From IMG/VR virus record IMGVR_UViG_3300029305_002833: DNA of 20,000 bases; one strand, written 5' to 3'. The translations under genes and the position numbers were made by a program. The first letter of the stretch is position 1, and every line of letters starts with the position of its first letter. Source of the stretch: an uncultured virus (IMG/VR IMGVR_UViG_3300029305_002833). Lineage: Duplodnaviria; Heunggongvirae; Uroviricota; Caudoviricetes. Under the pieces are notes generated by a model. The model worked only from the letters and a program-made list of their open reading frames with translations, was not told the origin of the DNA and searched no databases. Shown one piece after another: positions 15,363-20,000 of this stretch.

Positions 15363-15667
15363 TCGTGATCGAGCGGGAATACATGGCGAAGATAATCCGG
15401 GCGCTGAAGGCGGCGATGAACAGCGAGGATTATGGGTATCGGACTGGGTACATCGTGGCGCTGTCCACCGTGGAGGGCGTGATGGCGGTGGCGCCGGAGT
15501 ATGACCTGGATAAGCTGTTCACGCCGGAGGAGGTGTGCGCGGAGATGGTGAAGCACGGGCAGGGGAATCTGGCCCGGTTTGACTGGGGAGAGACCATCAG
15601 GTATTCGCCCAGCGAGGTAATGAAGATTCTGAAGGGCGAACTGCCGCGGGAGCCGGAGGTAGAATAA
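15359..15667 (+). CDS. Hypothetical protein
   Basis: ATGA coupling at 15359; HGQ...F.WGETIRYSPSEV. Confidence 0.7.
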   Translation: MIVIEREYMAKIIRALKAAMNSEDYGYRTGYIVALSTVEGVMAVAPEYDLDKLFTPEEVCAEMVKHGQGNLARFDWGETIRYSPSEVMKILKGELPREPEVE

Positions 15668-15725
15668 ATAATATATTATGCCATGTATGATTCTTGTGGA
15701 TGGGTATACTTATACATAGTGAAAG

Positions 15726-15754
15726 TGGGACAGGAGAACCGTCCCTTTGTCCCA
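15726..15754 (+). repeat. REP-like hairpin A
   Basis: TGGGACA-GGAGAACCGTCCCTT-TGTCCCA (7-bp stem, 15-nt interior). Confidence 0.8.
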
Positions 15755-15782
15755 GGAGATCAAGGGGGAAGGCGGTGAGTGA

Positions 15783-16442
15783 ATGGCGGTGCGAAGGCTG
15801 CCAGGGAACCGGGAACGAAGGGGTTGCTTGAACCAAGAAAGGGGCATCATTGACGGCGTTGGGGAGTTTGGGATTCCGCAGCTGTGGCCGGAGTATGACG
15901 TGGCGGGGGTGGAGAAGTGGATCAGCTTCAACGAAGTGGGCGGATGCAGCGTGCCGGAGCGGACCGGGGTGCATTTCTTCATAGAGGATCATCTGTTTGA
16001 ACGGGTGTGGGCGAGGCCGGAGCGGTATGTGGCGGCTCTGGCGAAGTTTGCGGCGGTTTGTTCGCCGGATTTCAGCCCGTTCAGCGACTTTCCAAAGGCC
16101 TGCCAGGTGTGGAACCATTACCGCAAACACTGGTGCGGGTGGTGGTGGCAGCAGCACGGGGTGAAGGTGGTGCCGACGGTGACGTGGAGCAGTCCCGAGA
16201 CGCTGGAGTGGGCCTTTGACGGGGAGCCGGTGGGCGGCGTGGTGGCCATGTCGAGCGTTGGGATGTTTGATACGGTGGAGCATCGTCAGTGGTTGGTGGA
16301 CGGGTATCGGGAGATGGCGAGAAGGCTGGAGCCTGTGAAGGTGATCTGGAAGGGGAAGGTGCCGGAGGAATTGGCCGGGGACGGAAGGATTGAGCGGATC
16401 GAGAGCAGCCATTTGGAGAGGTTGCACGCACTGAGGAAATGA
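15783..16442 (+). CDS. DUF4417 domain-containing protein
   Basis: VHFFIEDH.FERVW..P..Y...SPDFS...QVWNHYRKHW.G.WWQ..G..V.PT..WS. Confidence 0.85.
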   Translation: MAVRRLPGNRERRGCLNQERGIIDGVGEFGIPQLWPEYDVAGVEKWISFNEVGGCSVPERTGVHFFIEDHLFERVWARPERYVAALAKFAAVCSPDFSPFSDFPKACQVWNHYRKHWCGWWWQQHGVKVVPTVTWSSPETLEWAFDGEPVGGVVAMSSVGMFDTVEHRQWLVDGYREMARRLEPVKVIWKGKVPEELAGDGRIERIESSHLERLHALRK

Positions 16443-16453
16443 GAAATCAGGAA

Positions 16454-16482
16454 TGAGTCAGGGAACCTGTCCCCGTGACTCA
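16454..16482 (+). repeat. REP-like hairpin B
   Basis: TGAGTCA-GGGAACCTGTCCCCG-TGACTCA (7-bp stem, 15-nt interior). Confidence 0.75.
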
Positions 16483-16500
16483 AACAAAGGAGGTAAGATC

Positions 16501-16797
16501 GTGGCGAAGAAGTGGAAACTGGAAGGGACGATTACATTTTATGCGCACGACTTTGTGAGCGATGCGAAGGACGAGGTCGGGGCGCTGGAGGATTTGCTGG
16601 CGGCGGGGTTGTTTGACAACGCGGTGTGTGGGATTCGGTTCAATGAGGAGAACTGCGGGTGCGAGGAGGCTGAGTGTGAATACGAGGACGCGGCAGAAGA
16701 TCAGGGCGGAGCTGCGGCGGAGGAACCCGGATGTGATGGCGACGCTGCGCATGGAAGGGCTGGGGTTGAAGCGGATACTGTTCGTGCCGAGGGGTGA
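16501..16797 (+). CDS. Hypothetical acidic protein
   Basis: AAAGGAGG precedes GTG 16501. Confidence 0.6.
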   Translation: MAKKWKLEGTITFYAHDFVSDAKDEVGALEDLLAAGLFDNAVCGIRFNEENCGCEEAECEYEDAAEDQGGAAAEEPGCDGDAAHGRAGVEADTVRAEG

Positions 16798-16942
16798 GAT
16801 GCGGGCGTACAGGGCGCGGTATGGGGATCTGATTGAGTTCTGGGAAGAGGAGGCGGAGGCAGGTGCCGAAGGTGATACTGTGCGACAGGTGCGGCAGGTC
16901 GACGATGGAGGACGCGGGGCGAACGAAGATTTGGCCGAATAA
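16676..16942 (+). CDS. Hypothetical protein
   Basis: GAGGAGG before GTG 16676; MNTRTRQKIRAELRRRNPD...; overlaps both neighbours. Confidence 0.55.
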   Translation: MNTRTRQKIRAELRRRNPDVMATLRMEGLGLKRILFVPRGEMRAYRARYGDLIEFWEEEAEAGAEGDTVRQVRQVDDGGRGANEDLAE

Positions 16943-17063
16943 GTGCAGATGGCGCAGGTTTGAGGTGGAGAAGAGGTTTGACAGCTGTCTGGACGCTGTT
17001 TATCTGTGTGGGGCGTGTTCCAGGGCTTTCAAGGCGTGGATGAAGCGGAAGGAGGCGGAATAG
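16863..17063 (+). CDS. Zn-finger hypothetical protein (CDRCG...LCGAC)
   Basis: GGAGG before GTG 16863; same pattern as 10419-10655. Confidence 0.7.
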   Translation: MPKVILCDRCGRSTMEDAGRTKIWPNKCRWRRFEVEKRFDSCLDAVYLCGACSRAFKAWMKRKEAE

Positions 17064-17711
17064 GTGGCGAAGGCTGGGAGCGGGTTTATGCGGGCCGCGG
17101 GCAGGGCGGCAAACAGTGTGCTGGCGAGGCGGGGCGGAAGCTGGACCGTGGCGAATTTGCAGGAGGCAAGGGAAGAGGTGCAGCGGCTGTACGGGAATGC
17201 GTATCGGAGCGTGAAGGGCGTGTTTGAGTATGATGGCCTTGGCCGGGTCAAAGGCGGCGGCGCCGGGTTCGGGCGGTTTGCGGATCGGGCGGAGGCGCTG
17301 GCGAAGCAGATTTCCAGGGACTTGCAGTTGGTGGACCGTGAGGCGGAAAGGCAGTACCGGGACATGCAGCGGTGGGCCAGCCGGATTTCAGCCAGTGCCC
17401 AGGAGCGGGAGGAGTTTGAGCGCACCAGCCGAGGCGGGATGAACTTTACCGGCAGGGGACGAAGCGGCGGCGATGCTTCGGAAGCGGCGCGGCAGATGGC
17501 CGGGCTGGGGCTGCTGTCCCATGAGGTGGCGGCGATGGGGAACAATGTGGACGTGATGAACGGGATTAACGACGCAATGAACGCGGTGAAGAGCAGGATT
17601 TACCGGGGCGTCAGCGCGAAGGACGCGCAGGACTTTGAGAGCGATATCTTTATGGGAATTTTGAAAGGGTATTCGGGGGTTGAGAGAGGGGCGGAACGAA
17701 GAAGGCGATAA
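17064..17711 (+). CDS. Hypothetical Gly/Arg/Ala-rich protein
   Basis: GGAGG RBS; 215-aa ORF with the local codon bias. Confidence 0.7.
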   Translation: MAKAGSGFMRAAGRAANSVLARRGGSWTVANLQEAREEVQRLYGNAYRSVKGVFEYDGLGRVKGGGAGFGRFADRAEALAKQISRDLQLVDREAERQYRDMQRWASRISASAQEREEFERTSRGGMNFTGRGRSGGDASEAARQMAGLGLLSHEVAAMGNNVDVMNGINDAMNAVKSRIYRGVSAKDAQDFESDIFMGILKGYSGVERGAERRRR

Positions 17712-17713
17712 GA

Positions 17714-17741
17714 GGTTAGGTTTTAGGGGTTAGGAGTTAGG
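17714..17741 (+). repeat. Heptamer tandem repeat (NNTTAGG)x4
   Basis: GGTTAGG TTTTAGG GGTTAGG AGTTAGG, intergenic. Confidence 0.8.
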
Positions 17742-17768
17742 GAATAGTGGACAGAACGGAGGGGTTTT

Positions 17769-17933
17769 GTGGAGCAGTTGAGCAGGGAGGACATCGGGGA
17801 ACTGGCAGGGGAAGTACTGAGGGCGATGGGTGTGGAGAAGGTGGAGATCGGCGAGGAAGAGAAGGCGGTTATTGAGGGGATCGCAGAGGCGTGGATGCGC
17901 AATAGGGCGCGGGAGAAGGACGAAGGGATATAA
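17769..17933 (+). CDS. Small hypothetical protein (54 aa, MEQLSREDIGELAGEVLRAMG...)
   Basis: Not in the ORF track. GGAGG before GTG 17769; stop TAA 17931-17933. Confidence 0.6.
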   Translation: MEQLSREDIGELAGEVLRAMGVEKVEIGEEEKAVIEGIAEAWMRNRAREKDEGI

Positions 17934-18011
17934 GTATTATATTATTATATTATAAGGGTATACTGTGTGTTTATCATACCTGTGGTGGTAGGTAGGAGAA
18001 TGGGAATAAAG

Positions 18012-18040
18012 TGGGACAGAGGAACCGTCCACTTGTCCCA
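18012..18040 (+). repeat. REP-like hairpin C
   Basis: TGGGACA-GAGGAACCGTCCACT-TGTCCCA, preceded by AAAG as in hairpin A. Confidence 0.8.
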
Positions 18041-18084
18041 AGTGGTTCAGCCAGGAGGAATTTTTTGGAGGGGATTGATGGAAT

Positions 18085-18822
18085 ATGATCGAACTGGCGC
18101 GGGTGCTGTACGGGTCGCAGAATTATGGGCTGGATGGGCCTGATTCGGACATGGATTACAAGGTGGTGCTGTGCCCGGAGTTTTCGGAACTGTACGAAGG
18201 GCGGATGTGCAAGCGCAACGAAGGGGAGCATTTGACCGGGATCGACGTGCGCAGGCTGCACGGGCTGCTGATGAACGGGAATCCGAACGCGGTGGAGCTG
18301 CTTTATTCGGTGGAGGCGCAGGTGCAGGATGAGGACTTTGGGCGGTATTTGGACTGTGCACGGATGATGTATCAAGGTGGGTATGTGGCGGCGGTGTGGC
18401 GGACGTTCTACGGGGCGCTGTATGGGATGGCCATGGCGGGCATTGACCACAACGTGGTCACGCCGAAGACGGTGGCGCGGGCGTTTTATATGCTGGAGAT
18501 GGCAAAGTGGATTGGGAAGAACGGCTTTGCCATCGACGAGGCAACTTACAGGGGCGTTGCGCCGGCGTTTCACCGTTTGGCGAGGAATATCCGGTTTGGA
18601 CATGATTTGCAGACGAAGGAAGCGGTGCTTCATGGGATCGCAGAAGATGTGCGGCGCGGGTTTGCGGAATGGAAGGCGGCGCTTCAGAACCGGGCGGACG
18701 CAGCCTGCGAAGGCGAGGACTGGAAGAGGGTCATTGTCGGGATGGACGAGGTGGCGCGGGCGATCGTGATGAAGCGGGCGCATGGGGAGATTGTCAGGCG
18801 GTGTGATGTAGGCAGCATGTAG
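18085..18822 (+). CDS. Pol-beta superfamily nucleotidyltransferase (RlaP/NrdC.11-like)
   Basis: LYGSQNYGLDGPDSDMDYK (GS...DxD) and GNPNAVELLYS. Confidence 0.8.
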   Translation: MIELARVLYGSQNYGLDGPDSDMDYKVVLCPEFSELYEGRMCKRNEGEHLTGIDVRRLHGLLMNGNPNAVELLYSVEAQVQDEDFGRYLDCARMMYQGGYVAAVWRTFYGALYGMAMAGIDHNVVTPKTVARAFYMLEMAKWIGKNGFAIDEATYRGVAPAFHRLARNIRFGHDLQTKEAVLHGIAEDVRRGFAEWKAALQNRADAACEGEDWKRVIVGMDEVARAIVMKRAHGEIVRRCDVGSM

Positions 18823-18915
18823 AATCATTCTACAGGGTATTTTATATTATATATATTATATATGGGGAATGGTTTTACTTATGGTGTATGTACGAAGAGA
18901 GGAACGAAGGCGACT

Positions 18916-19383
18916 ATGGCTGAGAAGAAGATCAAGATGATCCAGGAAGAACAGGCAAAGAACATCGCGGAAAGCATCAGGGCCGTGGCGGAACATATCA
19001 TTCAATGCGCTGACAACTATGCCAGGGGCATCAACGACGACACAATAGGTATCAAGATCACCATGGATTTCAGGGTCGATGCGCTGCCTACGGTGACGTT
19101 CACGCAGGATGTTTGCCCGCGGACTTGGATTAATGCAGTGCATGACGGGAGGTGCAGGATTTGGACGGAGGAGGGGCGAAGGGAGTTGTCTGAACCGATG
19201 GAGGAAGGGCTTTATTGCGTGGACGTTGCCGTGTTTAAGGGAGAACCCAACGCGGCGGACAGGGATGTAAGCGTCAAGGTATGGGCGCGTGACCGGGACG
19301 AAGCTGCGCAGAAGGCAAGGGAGATTGTGGGCAGAAGTGGCGAACGAGTCAAGGTTCTGCGCGTGTGGAGGGAACAGAAATGA
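18916..19383 (+). CDS. Hypothetical protein
   Basis: ORF after an AT-rich spacer; its C-terminal domain resembles the next gene. Start uncertain. Confidence 0.65.
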   Translation: MAEKKIKMIQEEQAKNIAESIRAVAEHIIQCADNYARGINDDTIGIKITMDFRVDALPTVTFTQDVCPRTWINAVHDGRCRIWTEEGRRELSEPMEEGLYCVDVAVFKGEPNAADRDVSVKVWARDRDEAAQKAREIVGRSGERVKVLRVWREQK

Positions 19384-19652
19384 GAGAAGGACAGAAAAGG
19401 CGGCTGTACGGCGTCGAGGTGGCCGTCGGCGACGGCGAAGGGAAGTGCGGGGAAATCACCAGGGCGCTGGTCAATGTGCTCGCCGCGAACGAAGGCGAAG
19501 CAGAACGCATGGCCATGAAGGTGTTTTTGAAAACCAGGGCCAGAAGGCGAAGACGCTGGCAGTGGGCCTGCGAACGAAGGAACGAAGGAACAGCGTCGAC
19601 GAACGAAGAACCTGCGAAGAGGAGGGGCCCGGGAACGAATGATTTTTTGTGA
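19380..19652 (+). CDS. Hypothetical protein, paralog of the preceding C-terminal domain
   Basis: ATGA coupling; RLYGVEVAV...VNVLAANEGEAERMA. Confidence 0.6.
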   Translation: MREGQKRRLYGVEVAVGDGEGKCGEITRALVNVLAANEGEAERMAMKVFLKTRARRRRRWQWACERRNEGTASTNEEPAKRRGPGTNDFL

Positions 19653-19808
19653 CTTCACGAAAATGGTCTATACAGGTATTACTTTATATAGCGTCTATCC
19701 TTTATTATACTTTTTATCTGCTATGATTATACTTGTAACTGTATAGTATATATTATACTTATAGTAAAGAGAATCCGTTTGCAAAGAAAGGAGTAGTGAC
19801 GCGATTTT

Positions 19809-20000
19809 ATGGCTATGGATAGGGTTAAAAACGAAGGCGGCAAGGTCGTCAGATTTGACGCGAAAAAGAATCGACAGAAGGTTCAGACCAACACAGAACA
19901 GGCCCCCAAAAAGCCAAGGGGCAGAAACGGAACCGGTACGGCGTCCATTGAAAAGAATACTACTGCTCGCCCAGAGGAGATCGCCCAGGCGGTCAGGAAC
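19809..20000 (+). CDS. 5' part of a basic protein (partial), possibly terminase small subunit
   Basis: Open to the window end (MAMDRVKNEGGKVVRFDAKKNRQKVQTNTEQAPKKPRGRNG...); follows a long AT-rich spacer with AAAGGAG. The function is guessed from position only. Confidence 0.45.
   Translation, partial: MAMDRVKNEGGKVVRFDAKKNRQKVQTNTEQAPKKPRGRNGTGTASIEKNTTARPEEIAQAVRN

Noticed and set aside
15726..18040. Hairpin repeats as CRISPR repeats or intrinsic terminators
   Set aside because: They are dispersed rather than regularly spaced, no cas genes are present, and they lack U-tracts.

Overview
A 20-kb stretch of a tailed phage or prophage, probably infecting a GC-rich Firmicute/Clostridia host (inferred from GGAGG ribosome-binding sites, sigmaA-type promoters and gene families). 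It looks like the accessory region between the replication and packaging modules. About 50 tightly coupled + strand genes sit on a strongly G-rich coding strand. They include GT8 and GT2 glycosyltransferases, a radical SAM enzyme, an XF1762/Mom-like protein, RtcB, an Acb2/Tad1-like protein, a HAD hydrolase, two Lar-like proteins, a HExxH protein, DUF4417, a Pol-beta/RlaP-like nucleotidyltransferase and many Zn-ribbon hypotheticals. The most striking structure is a cassette present twice (about 855-1846 and 7776-9628). Each copy has a terminator, a minus-strand ribbon-helix-helix (RHH) gene, divergent promoters with TTACGTAA palindromes, and an AT-rich HNH-AP2 endonuclease gene. The regulatory half is nearly identical between copies (same 53 aa, only synonymous changes), while the nucleases are strongly diverged. 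Copy 2 also carries a PD-(D/E)XK nuclease gene. It appears to have split a resident gene after codon 14 and to supply a recoded replacement 5' end. A family of GAACC(T)GTCC hairpin repeats, two G9 tracts and a heptamer TTAGG array are also present. All family assignments come from motif recognition, not database searches.
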